Source of the DNA: Hormiphora californensis
Taxonomy: Eukaryota > Animalia > Ctenophora
NCBI GenBank assembly: GCA_020137815.1
Contig: CM035353.1
Location: forward strand, 1,798,001-1,862,000
DNA: 64,000 nt
Direction: 5' to 3'
Position 1 is the stretch's first letter, and the number at the start of each line of letters is the position of its first letter. The notes under the pieces were generated by a model, which was given only the letters and a program-made list of their open reading frames with translations, was not told where the DNA came from and made no database searches. The translations under genes were made by a program, and so were the position numbers. This document shows positions 48,864 through 60,800 of this stretch, in pieces.

Positions 48864-51218
48864 ATGGTTACCATGGTTACCATGGTTACCACATTAAGAT
48901 CTGGCTGCATTGTTTTTCTGTTTTTACCCATTTTGGTGGCTACAACAGCTCAGAGTAACGTCACCAATATCGTAACTTTCTACACTGAGGTAGCCGACCA
49001 AGTATACCAAGGACAATCAACTGAGGACGCCAGAGAGTGCCACATGGCAGCTGGAGACCAACTCAGGTTTCACAATAGATATGGTAGGTGGCAGATTCAG
49101 AATTTAACGATCGACCCACGTGTATACCTTAGCTATACCTGCACCATGACCTTTGATTTACTGGCAGCGACAAAAGAAAAAATGGAGAATACATGGGATA
49201 AGGCCCATAGAGGAGCTGGCCTAATTGGTGCCATAGGCCAAGACTTGTCGATGAAGAACACATCCTTGACATGTACCATACAACTGTTTGTCCGTGACAC
49301 GGTAACTTGTTCTGGGAAAAGTGCCTGCCACACTGACGAGTGTGATTGTATCGATGAGGACGTGTTCTACTGTCCCCGAGGACCCCGGGGCTGCATACCC
49401 TTTAGCCAGGTGTGTGATGGTCATGCAGACTGTGAGGGAGGGATGGACGAGTGTCTGTGCAGCAGTGATACTGTGCAAATAACCTGCCTACAGGACAAAT
49501 CCTTCAGTACTTGCGTTTCCAAGAAAGAAGCGTGCAACTCCCAGGAGGCCTTTCAGTACTTACAGTGTGTTGGATTTGATTCTAGAGAGGCGAACTGCAG
49601 TGGTACAGCTGCGGAGGAGGTTATAATTCACCCACCCAAGAAGGTAGGGGATATACTGGACGATTACTACGAGAATCTTCACGAAGTATCAACTACTGCC
49701 ACACGGTTCAACCGATATCCAGAGAAGCTAGAATGTCTCTGGATTCTGGTTGAACAGTTCAACCAACCAAAAGGAGGAGCTGATTGGTCGAAAAATCTAT
49801 GTAGCCGTATAGAAATGATAACTTTGAATGAACATTTGGTGGTTAACCTTGTGTTTAAATGTGACGATACCAGGTTCATGTTGGATGAAATTGTTGAAGG
49901 TGGAAAAAGAATTTGTGATGGGACAATGGACTGTTCAAATGGAAAAGACGAACTATTCTGTCCAGGAAGGTTCTACTGCAGCACCACCCCAAAGGAAATG
50001 GAATGGATAGCTGAGGATGGGGTATGTGATGGGGTACGAGACTGTAAAAATGGTATGGATGAGTGTACTGGGTGCAAGCTGGGTGCCCTTAGCAACAGTA
50101 AATTCCTGATCAGGAATAACATCCTTGCTGGATGTGCCATGTTCGGTGGACTAGCAATAATGCTGTTAAACATGCAAATAGGGTACAAAACTTTCAAGGA
50201 GTCCCCCGAGAGTAAGTGCAGCAAAGTGGATCGGATTTTCCGGATGCAGATTGCGTTTTATGACCTTATCATGGGTCTCTACCTCGTCTTGCTGGTTTCA
50301 GCTGCCTTCGTCCTTCGAGCGAAAGATGACTACTGCCAGTTAGACCAACAATGGAGGTCCGGTATAATGTGTGCAGTACTCGGGTGCCTCTTCTCTGTTT
50401 CTAGCCATGGATCTTTCTTTCTGATAACCGCCATGAGCTTCGTTAGGTTTCTGAATTGTCTGGACCTGGTAAAGGACATCTCGATGAGGGTGATATGGTG
50501 TGGCACCACACTCACTGGTATTGTTAACCTGGCACACGCCCTAGTTCCCATTATCCCACTTTGGCAAGTCCAGCAGTTCTTTCGGACGAGCATCATCATA
50601 TCGGCGATTGACAACCCCTTTCTGAAGAAGTTCGACCAGGGCCATCTAGAGCGAATGCACTCTCTGGTATACAACAGCACTCCGGGGGAACAAGGTATCG
50701 AGACTGTGCTTGAGGACCTACGAAACATCACTTCGGAGCCATCCATCTTCGATTATGTTGATATTGGTTACTATGGAAACAGCCCACTGTGCGTTGCTAA
50801 CGTCTTCAAAAACCAGGCATCCTATCTCTCATACAAGGTAGGGTACTGTGTGGTTGTCATGGTTCTCATTGTACTTCTCGCTGTATTCTACATGGCCATC
50901 GTGGTGGCAAGTCACAAGACCAGCACTCAGGCAGGAGCTGCAGCGGCCTCGTCTGACAATGTCAAGAAGTTAGCCCTAAAAGTGTCCCTTCTGATCGGGA
51001 GCCAAATCGTGGCGTGGATGTCCTACGTCCTCACCCTCATCTACTATACTTGGATCAACCCTACCGCTCCGAGCGCGATTGTCAAGGAGGTCTTCAGTTT
51101 AGTGGTGCTGCCTAGTAACAGTCTCCTGAACCCCATCTTCTACAGTACCATCTACCGGAGAGTAGCTGATTTCGTTGCAAAGTGGTGGAAGAAACAGCAG
51201 GAAGATACCAGCGAGTGA
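48864..51218 (+). CDS. Intronless class A GPCR with LDL-receptor class A repeats (GRL101/RXFP-like 7TM, no LRRs), 784 aa
   Basis: Signal peptide. LDLa motifs FYC...CIPFSQVCDGHADCEGGMDEC, ICDGTMDCSNGKDE and VCDGVRDCKNGMDEC. 7TM with D.IMGLYL (TM2), YC..D..WRSG..C..LG (ECL1/TM3), KVSLLIGSQIVAW (TM6) and LPSNSLLNPIFY (TM7). Confidence 0.95.
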   Translation: MVTMVTMVTTLRSGCIVFLFLPILVATTAQSNVTNIVTFYTEVADQVYQGQSTEDARECHMAAGDQLRFHNRYGRWQIQNLTIDPRVYLSYTCTMTFDLLAATKEKMENTWDKAHRGAGLIGAIGQDLSMKNTSLTCTIQLFVRDTVTCSGKSACHTDECDCIDEDVFYCPRGPRGCIPFSQVCDGHADCEGGMDECLCSSDTVQITCLQDKSFSTCVSKKEACNSQEAFQYLQCVGFDSREANCSGTAAEEVIIHPPKKVGDILDDYYENLHEVSTTATRFNRYPEKLECLWILVEQFNQPKGGADWSKNLCSRIEMITLNEHLVVNLVFKCDDTRFMLDEIVEGGKRICDGTMDCSNGKDELFCPGRFYCSTTPKEMEWIAEDGVCDGVRDCKNGMDECTGCKLGALSNSKFLIRNNILAGCAMFGGLAIMLLNMQIGYKTFKESPESKCSKVDRIFRMQIAFYDLIMGLYLVLLVSAAFVLRAKDDYCQLDQQWRSGIMCAVLGCLFSVSSHGSFFLITAMSFVRFLNCLDLVKDISMRVIWCGTTLTGIVNLAHALVPIIPLWQVQQFFRTSIIISAIDNPFLKKFDQGHLERMHSLVYNSTPGEQGIETVLEDLRNITSEPSIFDYVDIGYYGNSPLCVANVFKNQASYLSYKVGYCVVVMVLIVLLAVFYMAIVVASHKTSTQAGAAAASSDNVKKLALKVSLLIGSQIVAWMSYVLTLIYYTWINPTAPSAIVKEVFSLVVLPSNSLLNPIFYSTIYRRVADFVAKWWKKQQEDTSE

Positions 51219-52049
51219 AGAGCGGAACAGTTTTAGTTGAAAGATACAATTAGGGGGATCATCGTGGACAAGCAATCTCCAGTAAAGTGGCAAACACGGA
51301 TTTTCTGCAGTGGTACGGACGCTATATACTATAATCTATATGATATGGACATTGTACTCTCTATTTGCATAGAAAACTGTGGATTTAGACTGAGCTGAGT
51401 ATATTTGGCTGTTAAATGCTGTTAAATGCTGTTAAATGCTGTTAAATGCTGTTTTGCAGAGCTTAAAACGCATTTTGAAACGTGAATAGTATTAACCAGA
51501 TGCATAATCTAGAATACTTTGAAAATATTTTTTTTCATTTTACAGTTATTACAGATTAACTCTAACTCTATACTAACGTTAGATCTAAAGTGTCTTTATA
51601 GAGACCTGCAGTTATAGGGATCCCTAAAAAAGTTCAGTATTTACACAGCGTTTACACCAGTTAAGCCATTTCAGTATTTCCCACGGTAGCGTGGGAAGAA
51701 AAATTTTGAAATCTGCGCTGTGATTGGCTTAAATTTTCCATCGTCAGAAATTTCAGCCAATCACAGCGCTCTGGTGTAAACGCTGTGTAAATACTGAACT
51801 TTTTAGGGATCCCTATAGTCTGTGATAGTCAGGATGTTTATGGGGTACCTGGTGAAATTCTTGCACAGTATGTACTATCGACAGCTGCAGGAACCGACCG
51901 AAACAAGTAAACAACCAATCAGAACTCGTTATTTAGGTAACGTGACTGGTTATCAGCCAATCAGGGACCAGTATTTCCTGATTCGGTCGGTTCCTGATCG
52001 ACAGAAAACTGGCGACCATGAAAAGCACAGACGATGCTGATCAGATTCC

Positions 52050-53500
52050 CCTACTGGCCTCCCCCAACCCCCTACTGGCATCCCCCAACCCCCTACTGGC
52101 CTCCCCCAACCCCCTACTGGCATCCCCCAACCCCTACTGGCCTGCCCCCACCCCCTACTGGCCTCCCCAAACCCCCTACTGGCCTCCCCCAACCCCCTAC
52201 TGGCCTCCCCGAACCCCCTACTGGCCTGCCCCCACCCCCTACTGGCCTGCCCCCACCCCCTACTGGCCTCCCCCAACCCCCTACTGGCATCCCCCAACCC
52301 CTACTAGCCTCCCCCAACCCCCTACTGGCATCCCCCAACCCCTACTGGCCTCCCCCAACCCCCTACTGGCCTCCCCCAACCCCCTACTGGCCTCCCCGAA
52401 CCCCCTACTGGCCTCCCCAACCCCCTACTGGCCTCCCCCAACCCCCTACTGGCCTTCCCGAACCCCCTACTGGCCTTCCCGAACCCCCTACTGGCCTCCC
52501 CGAACCCCCTACTGGCCTCCCCCAACCCCCTACTGGCATCCCCCAACCCCTACTAGCCTCCCCCAACCCCCTACTGGCATCCCCCAACCCCTACTGGCCT
52601 CCCCCAACCCCCTACTGGCCTCCCCCAACCCCCTACTGGCCTCCCCGAACCCCCTACTGGCCTCCCCAACCCCCTACTGGCCTCCCCCAACCCCCTACTG
52701 GCCTCCCCGAACCCCCTACTGGCCTCCCTGAATCTCCTACTGGCCTCCCCCAACCCCCTACTGGCCTCCCCCAATCCCCCTACTGGCCTCCCCGAACCCC
52801 CTACTGGCCTCCCCCAACCCCACTATGTGGTCAAAACGCGCATTTGTCCGATAGGAATCCTCCGTTTTGAGGGGTTTTGCGCGATTTTGTTAGGCGCTTT
52901 CAGGGAACGTGCACGCTTGCGTGTGCTGTCAATCACCCTGGAAATTGTGTAGCAGTTGTAGGTAATCGTCTAAAGATCATTTTGCTACCCATAACTTGGC
53001 TGAAAGTGCGGCAGGTTTTGGACAGCACGGCATCAAAGTTCGTCCTATAGCCCAAAAACTGGCTTCTGTTCAAAGCGCAACCTAAATTTTGGTATCAAAA
53101 GAAAGCTAGGGGGCTAGAGATTACTATGCAACCTTTCCCCCGCAACCGGTCCGATGCGGTCATGTATTAAATGCGACATTTATGCTAAAAAAACACTTGT
53201 CAGCGCTGGTTTTACACGTAAAAACGCGCAACGAGGTTGGATCTTGGTCAAAATTGAGCGTCTACTGCGCGTTTTCTATCAAAATCACTAGATCTCGCGA
53301 GCCTATCGGACATGAGCACATAGTTAACCCCCTACTGGCCTCCCGAACCCCCTACTGGCCTCCCCAAACCCCCTACTGGCCTCCCGAACCCCCTACTGGC
53401 CTCCCGAACCCCCTACTGGCCTCCCCAAACCCCCTACTGGCCTCTCCCAACCCCCTACTGGCCTCCCCCAACCCCCTACTGGTCTCTCCCAATCCCCACC
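52050..53500. repeat. 20-21-bp C-rich minisatellite (AACCCCCTACTGGCCTCCCCC) at 52050-52822 and 53325-53500, split by a ~500-bp insertion
   Basis: Read directly from the sequence. The insertion at ~52823-53322 has short inverted ends CTATGTG(G/C)TCA. Confidence 0.92.
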
Positions 53501-54828
53501 CCCATTATAGTTCACCACAGTGAGATATACCTCTCATGATTTGTCTCACGAAATACTGCCCTCTCTGAGCTGGGAAGTGTGTAGGACAGTCATGTAAAAT
53601 ATTGGGTGAAAACAGTCGTGCCTCAACTTCAGGTTCAGGCCACGGCTAGGTATTTTCCACTGAGATCTCAGCTGTTATTTCAGGGAATAGCCTATTATAG
53701 ATGTACTGGGACCTGGGATCTCAGGTCTGTTTAAACATTTCCTACCGGCCAGTACACACTCCTTACCAGTAAACTGTAAACCCCATCTGAGCGCACTGTG
53801 ATAGAATCAAATGGGGTATGGCGCCGCCGCCCGCCATACAGCCGGTAAGAGGTAAATACTGTACTCACTCGCTCGGTTCTTCACATTTTTTGGACGTTTT
53901 TGACCATAACTCAACCATTTCTTGACCAATTTGCAAAATCTTGGGATCATTGGAAAGAAGACATTAATTAATATTTTTTTAAATGAGCTCTAGAAAATGA
54001 AAATGGGCGCAAAATGCGCGGTGTTATGGCGCAAAATGCGCGTTTTCGCGTCAAAAACGTCCAAAAAATGTAAAGAACCGAGGCCGAGTGACTGTGAGTA
54101 TTTACCGCTTACTGTACCCTCCTTTGTACCGGCCCATTGCCCAACCTCATATCCATGAGATTGTTGTTGAGTACCTACTCAAATATTGTTGAGTCAACAA
54201 ATTGGAAACACGGTGTTTTCCTTGTAGAAATAAATAAAACTGAGTATAAAACTATCTCAACGAATATTTTAGCGCAGATTTAAAACCAAACAAAAAATTG
54301 ACTTCTAAAACACCAGAAAACATAATCTCAAATTTTGAGTCAAAATGTCCAAAACTATATTCTCTCTGTGTAAAACTACATGGGGGTAGGGGTCACACGC
54401 ACAAAAAAGTACACAATGTTTGTAACTCAAATGTTTATATCTGAACTAATAATCAATATTCGGTTACTCGTAATCAGGAACCGACCGAACCAAGTAAACA
54501 ACCAATCAGAGCTCGTTATTTAGGTCACGCGACTGGTTATCAGCCAATCAGGGACCAGTATTTCCTGATTTGGTCGGTTCCTGCATACCACGCAATATAT
54601 TTGAATCTGAACAACACTGCACAGTAGTGACAAAAAAACATAAAACTAAAACTCTAATTGTGGCACATAATGAATCTGAATCTACTTTTTTAAGTGCCCG
54701 CATGTTCAAATTGGCATTACACCACACGTTATATATAAAGTCCTGCGGTACGTGATGCAATATATCTGAATTGTCCCGGAGATCGAGAGTCAGCATGGGT
54801 CCCCCACAGCTGGGGGCAGTGGGACACA

Positions 54829-57800
54829 TTATATGTGTTCTGATTCGAGAACTTCACTAAGGAGATGTCCTCCATCATGGTATTCGTTATCATAAGCCCC
54901 GGTAGGAGATATCTCTACAGTATAGTCTTCTACCTGCAAATAAAGGAGTGGAATTATCAAGGAGATGATGGAGCGGTATAAGATCTGATGACAATAATAC
55001 GTTAACACATGTGAACATAATATTGTTCAGTCGAAAGGCACACTGAATTATCGAGTCACAAGCGGGCCCGGGGGGAGGTAGCTATTATCGTTCCGACCTA
55101 CTATGCTCCAATACACAACGGTAGCTCCTATAATATTGCTCGGTATGTATATGGAGCAGGAACCGACCGAAACAAGTAAACAACCAATCAGAACTCTTTA
55201 TTTAGGTCACGTGACTGGTTATCAGCCAATCAGGGACCAGTATTTCCTGATTCGGTCGGTTCCTGGAAGCTGTAATGTAAATTACTAACCACGTGTGATG
55301 GCATGCTGTATAAATGTGAGGTATCCTCTACCTCCCCTGCAATACTAACCACGTGTGATGGCATGCTGTATAAATGTGAGGTATCCTCTATCTCTCCTGC
55401 ATCGTCCTCATACACGGGGTTATCATAGGTTACATTCCCTATCAATGTTTCATCGTGCCGTCTCAACCGCCTGTAGTTCAAGAACGGCAGGGAGATTCCA
55501 CTTCTCTTCAGCCTAGGTAGAGATATTGTCAGTACTGGGGGTAGAGATATTGTCAGTACTGGGGGTAGAGATATTGTCAGTAGTGGGGGTAGAGATATTG
55601 TCAGTAGTGGGGGTAGAGATATTGTCAGTACTGGGGGTAGAGATATTGTCAGTACTGGGGGTAGAGATATTGTCAGTACAGCTGGATATGTAAACAATGT
55701 TCAGACATAATGGAGATTAGAACTGCACGACGACCTAGTTCACTTGCATTGCAGCAGCTGCTACACTAGTACCCCGCAAGGGAACAAGTCAAGGGTGCAC
55801 TAAATTCTGATACTCTGACACTGTCTGGCGCCGGTCGGACAAAAGTTTTGATTCTCAAAAGTGCGCTCAGACACTGCATCACACAACAGCTAGAAGGACA
55901 TACTTGATGGCGAGGAGTATAAGTGCACCGACGAGGCAGAGAAGGGCCACCAGAGCCAGTCCTATAAACAGGGCTGTGTTGTGTGATCCTCCTCCGACCA
56001 CTGTATCAGGTGGTATCACTGGAGAGAGAGGTGTTAACACATGTGTATTGGGTGGTATCACTAGAGAGAGAGAGGGGTGTTAACACATGTGTATCAGCTA
56101 GGTGGTATCACTAGAGAGAGGGGTGTTAACTTGTGTGTATCAGGTGGTATCACTGGAGAGAGAGAGAGAGATCAGGGGTGTCAACACATGTGTATCAGGT
56201 GGTATCACTAGAGAGAGAGAGGGGTGTTAACATGTGTATCAGGTGATATATCACTAGAGAGAGAGGGGTGTTAACACATGTGCACCGGGGGAGAGGGGTA
56301 AAAAGTCATTTTTTTGGGTTTGGTCCGGCTCGAAGAGGGGAGCACTAAGTGATGAAACAAGTGCAGAGGGTAGCCGGGGAGTTAGTTGGATCAGTACGTT
56401 ACTGTATTATAGTGCCAAGTACAGTTATTATAGTCCTACAATGTACTGTGTAATACTGTATTGTACTTACCAATAACACCCGATTCAGCTCTTTTGTCCA
56501 TTACTACTAGTCCCCTAATGTACTCGTATCCAAGTGTAGAGACGTAGTCCATCTGGGCGTGGTAAAGCCTCTCTGTGACCAACTTTATACCTTCATCGCC
56601 TGGAAAACGAGATGTAAGGGCCGTGAAAGGAAGGATATTTTAGAGGTAGGGCAGAGATGTAGGAGATATAGAGATGGTGAGTGGTATTGTTTGTTTTTTG
56701 AAGACGTCTTAGGAACTGAGTTCTCCCCCTCATCTTAGTCTATAATTCTGATAGTATTTTTTCCTTGATGGAAAATATAGGGGAGACCCCAGTAACTCTG
56801 TCTTACTCCAACCGAAATACACGATACCCAGTGGTACCCTTGTTGGTACCCTTGTTGGTACAATCAGAAAGGACGACATATATAAATACCTTGGTTTTCA
56901 TCAGGAAGTGCCTCACCGTGGACCACAATATCACTCTCCGTATCAGATTCCACCCAGAAATGACTGCCCCCCAGTACTGCTAAATTAGGCCTCGGTACTC
57001 CCTCTTCGTATTTGTGAACTGTTCTTGTGTTCTTCCCATCTAGGTCCGTGACTACTATCTCTCGGATACTGCTCAGGTATACCCTATCTCTCACCTGGTT
57101 GTGGAACATTACATAACAGAGCTGAACGCGGTAGACACAGCTAAATCTCAAACAGTGCTGATTAAAATCGATACACGAACACCCTGTATCTATATTATAG
57201 GGTTGAACACTTTATTATGGGGTTGAACCAGCTGTATATATAATAGTTGCTGCAGTAATACGTACAGGGTCAGTGGTAACAGATAGAGTGTGACCGTTAC
57301 TGTTCTGGTAGATAGAGGTGCACTTGCTACCGATAACAGTACATCTTATAGCCTCTCCTTTTCTCGTTGTATAGAAGATGTAACTGTATGTTGGGTGAAC
57401 CTTGAGGGAGAAGGTGGTTATTTTGTTCAAACTCTTTTTATTTATTAGGAGGGTTGATCAAGGCAAGAAGGGGGTTTGTTATGGGGGGGGGGGGGGGGTG
57501 TTATGGGGGGTGGGGGGGTTGTGTTATGGGGGGTGACAGATATAGGAACGATGAAGTCATGAAAAAAATGGGGTGTGTTAACATCATGGGCAGGCTAACA
57601 ATAAAATCTTGAGTGGGGTAACAATCTATATTTACTTAAATAGATCTTCAGCAGGGTAGATTTTTGGTACAACACTCTGTATTTACATACCCAAAGGGAA
57701 GTTATGTCATCTTTCGTCTTCAGTACAATCTCGCTAGTACTCACATCAGAAAGTTTACGGAATCGTATCTGGTCTGCTGCAGGAGGGATTGCATTGTGTA

Positions 57801-60800
57801 GAGAAATATAAAGGAAGAACTGGAATGTCTGTGTCTGTGTCTGTATCTGTGTCTGTGTCTGTGTCTGTGTCTGTCTCTGTGTCTGTCTCTGTCTCTGTCT
57901 CTGTCTCTGCCTCTGTCTCTGTCTCTGTCTCTGTCTCTGTCTCTGTCTCTGTCTCTGTCTCTGTCTCTGTCTCTGCTCTGTCTCTGTCTCTGTCTCTCTG
58001 TCTCTGTCTCTGTCTCTGTCTCTGTCTCTGTCTCTGTCTCTGTCTCTGTCTCTGTCTCTGTCTGTTACTCTGTCTCTGTCTCTGTCTCTGTCTCTGTCTC
58101 TGTCTCTGTCTCTGTCTCTGTCTCTGTCTCTGTCTCTGTCTCTGTCTCTGTCTCTGTCTCTGTCTCTGTCTCTGTCTGTTACTCTGTCTCTGTCTCTGTC
58201 TCTGTCTGTTTCTCTGTCTCTGTCTCTCTGTCTCTGTCTCTGCTCTGTCTCTGTCTCTGTCTCTCTTTCTCATACTCAGCTTGGTTTGTCTCTCCCGAAT
58301 CGTACCTCCTAAATCTTTGGTTCCTGATGAAGCATACACATAGAAGAGCCTATTGCTAACCCAATCAAAAGAAATTGATTTTATCTGCTTGAATATCCCC
58401 TCCTCAATAAACAATATCTCTGCATCACCATCATCAGTTATCACTTTTACCTGAAAGGGACGTGCTTAGAAACCAGGAACCGACCGAAACAAGTAAACAA
58501 CCAATCAGAACTCGTTATTTAGGTCACGTGATTGGATAACAGCCAATCAGGGACCAGTATTTCCTGATTCGGTCGGTTCCTGGTGCTTAGAAACCACTAT
58601 GAAACACGACTTGGTTGGAGTTTCAAACAGTTGTAATTGCGGGAGTTAACGTACGTGATTTTCAAACAGTTTTAATTGCGGGAGTTAACACGTGAGTTTC
58701 AAACAGTTGCAAAGTTTCAAACTGAGTTGTTCACCTGATTGGTTGACTGGTCGGTGAAGAAGATGCGGGAATTGTTAGAATCAACTGACATCGAGTGGAG
58801 ATCAACATCATCTGTAGGGGGAGTAACAATATTATACACGTGTAACGTAGCTGTCTGGTTCAGACCCTGAATGAACAGATAAGATAAGATAGGAATGAAC
58901 ATTACTCACATGATCTCAATATAGATCTAACGGCGGGTACCTCCACACCAAGGGAGAACCTCACTATGGAGCTTGAGGTTAGGATGAGCAGCCAACTATC
59001 AGTTGCAGTACAATTCCCCTTGTCATCTTTCGGCTTCATACCTAGATATAGACACGTGTAACGGTGAGAGGTGATTTACAACGAATGAGAAGTATATCAC
59101 TTTGCAGATAATAATTAATCATTATATTAATTAATTATATTATGTATTAATAATGGTAGGTTGTATTGTTTAGCTCGAACACCGGGTCCGGCTTGTATTG
59201 TATATTGGATATAATGATCCCTAGATCTGTCACTCTCCAGAACTATGACTCTCCTCTCTCTCTCACCTGATGGACAGACGCACACGGGAGTTGTCTCGTC
59301 GGATAGGTAACAACCGTAGCGGCAATTTGCAGTGGTGCACGGATCAAACCCACACGTTTTACCATCAGCAGCTGTATGGAAATAACACGTGTAAATATGG
59401 TCAAGCATGTTCTTTTGACCTAAAGTAAGGACAATATATATCTCAAGTATACTGATATAATGGTCACCTATATAGTTGCCATCTCCCAGTAATATTGATC
59501 ACTCACCTAGTTTCACTACTATACTGATATAATGGTCACCACTCACCTAGTTGCCAGTAATATATTGATCACTCACCTAGTTTCACGTAGTCTGGACACC
59601 CACACTTCGTGGTTTCACCGTTGGGCAGGCATATATCACTACAACCATGATCAACTCCCCTACACGCATTGGCAACAACCACCCGCTCACAGATCTGACC
59701 TAATATCGCATCAGATGAGACACTGTGCCACATACCAAAGGGATCAATGGCCACATACTTAACTGAGGGGTATAATTGATAATTAATAATTATTAATTAT
59801 AGTAGTGCGTAACACATTCATCTTACTCTCAATAATTCTCTATCTCAAATTAGAGCACAGCTCCTTGTTTAATGTTTATAGTCGTGTTAGTTAGTGTCGC
59901 TAGGGACGTCATAGGAGCAGGTGAGCTCACTCTATTATAAGAGTATAATAAAAATTCTAACAGTTCTAGAACAGAACTCCTATTCTAAGAACAGACTCCA
60001 GATAAACAACTCATACCATCATCGGCTATCCTGGGGTGTCCGGGAGCCCAGTTAGTGTACACGGGCTCTCCACTTCCATCTATCCATTTCCACAGATCAT
60101 CCTCAAGTTGCAAACCAATCCAGAACTATACCGGGGGGGGGGGGGGGTTACACATTTAGGTGATAAACCAACTCCATTCTTGATGGAAGTTGGGGCTATT
60201 ATAGCAGGCTAGATACCCCAATTAGAGCTGTAACAGAATTACAGAATATATGACCGACACAAGTAAAACCAATGAGAACTCGTTATTTAGGTCACGTGAC
60301 TGGTTATCAGCCAATCAGGGACCAGTACTTCCTGATTCGGTTGGTTCCTACTCACCATGGCCCCTCGTTTAGCGATCATCCTTTGCAGTTCACTGTTCTG
60401 TTCCCTGTTCCTAACGACAGCCAGCTGTCCGTCCACCATCTCATTGCACAACTTGACAGCCTCACTGTATATCAACTTGTCTAATATCACCTGGGTCTCC
60501 TTCTGGGCTCCTGGGCATGGGACGTATGTGTTGTTTAACAAAACAATATATTGGTGGATATACTGGGCTCCTGGGCATGGGGTATGTGTTGTTTAACAAA
60601 ACAATATATTGGTGGATATACTGGGCTCCTGGGCATGGGGTTTGTGTCGTTTAATATTGGTTGATATACTGAATATGCAGTGAATCAACTTTACTTTTAC
60701 ATTGCGTCTATTTCCAAAATAGTGAACTACACTGAATGCAGTATGTATCAGTATATGGGTAGTTGTATTATTAGCCGCATATATATACCTTTCCAATACT

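Noticed and set aside
52018-52870. Pro-rich 237-aa and 278-aa ORFs resembling extensin or mucin
   Set aside because: They are translations of a 20-21-bp minisatellite that is open in several frames. No signal peptide, and the unit length shifts frame.
52050-56280. Regular short repeats as a possible CRISPR array
   Set aside because: The units are contiguous with no unique spacers, there are no cas genes, and the context is eukaryotic and intron-rich.
57755-58343. RQ/ET and SV/LC repeat proteins
   Set aside because: Intronic hexamer microsatellite. Only ~58305-58450 is a real exon.
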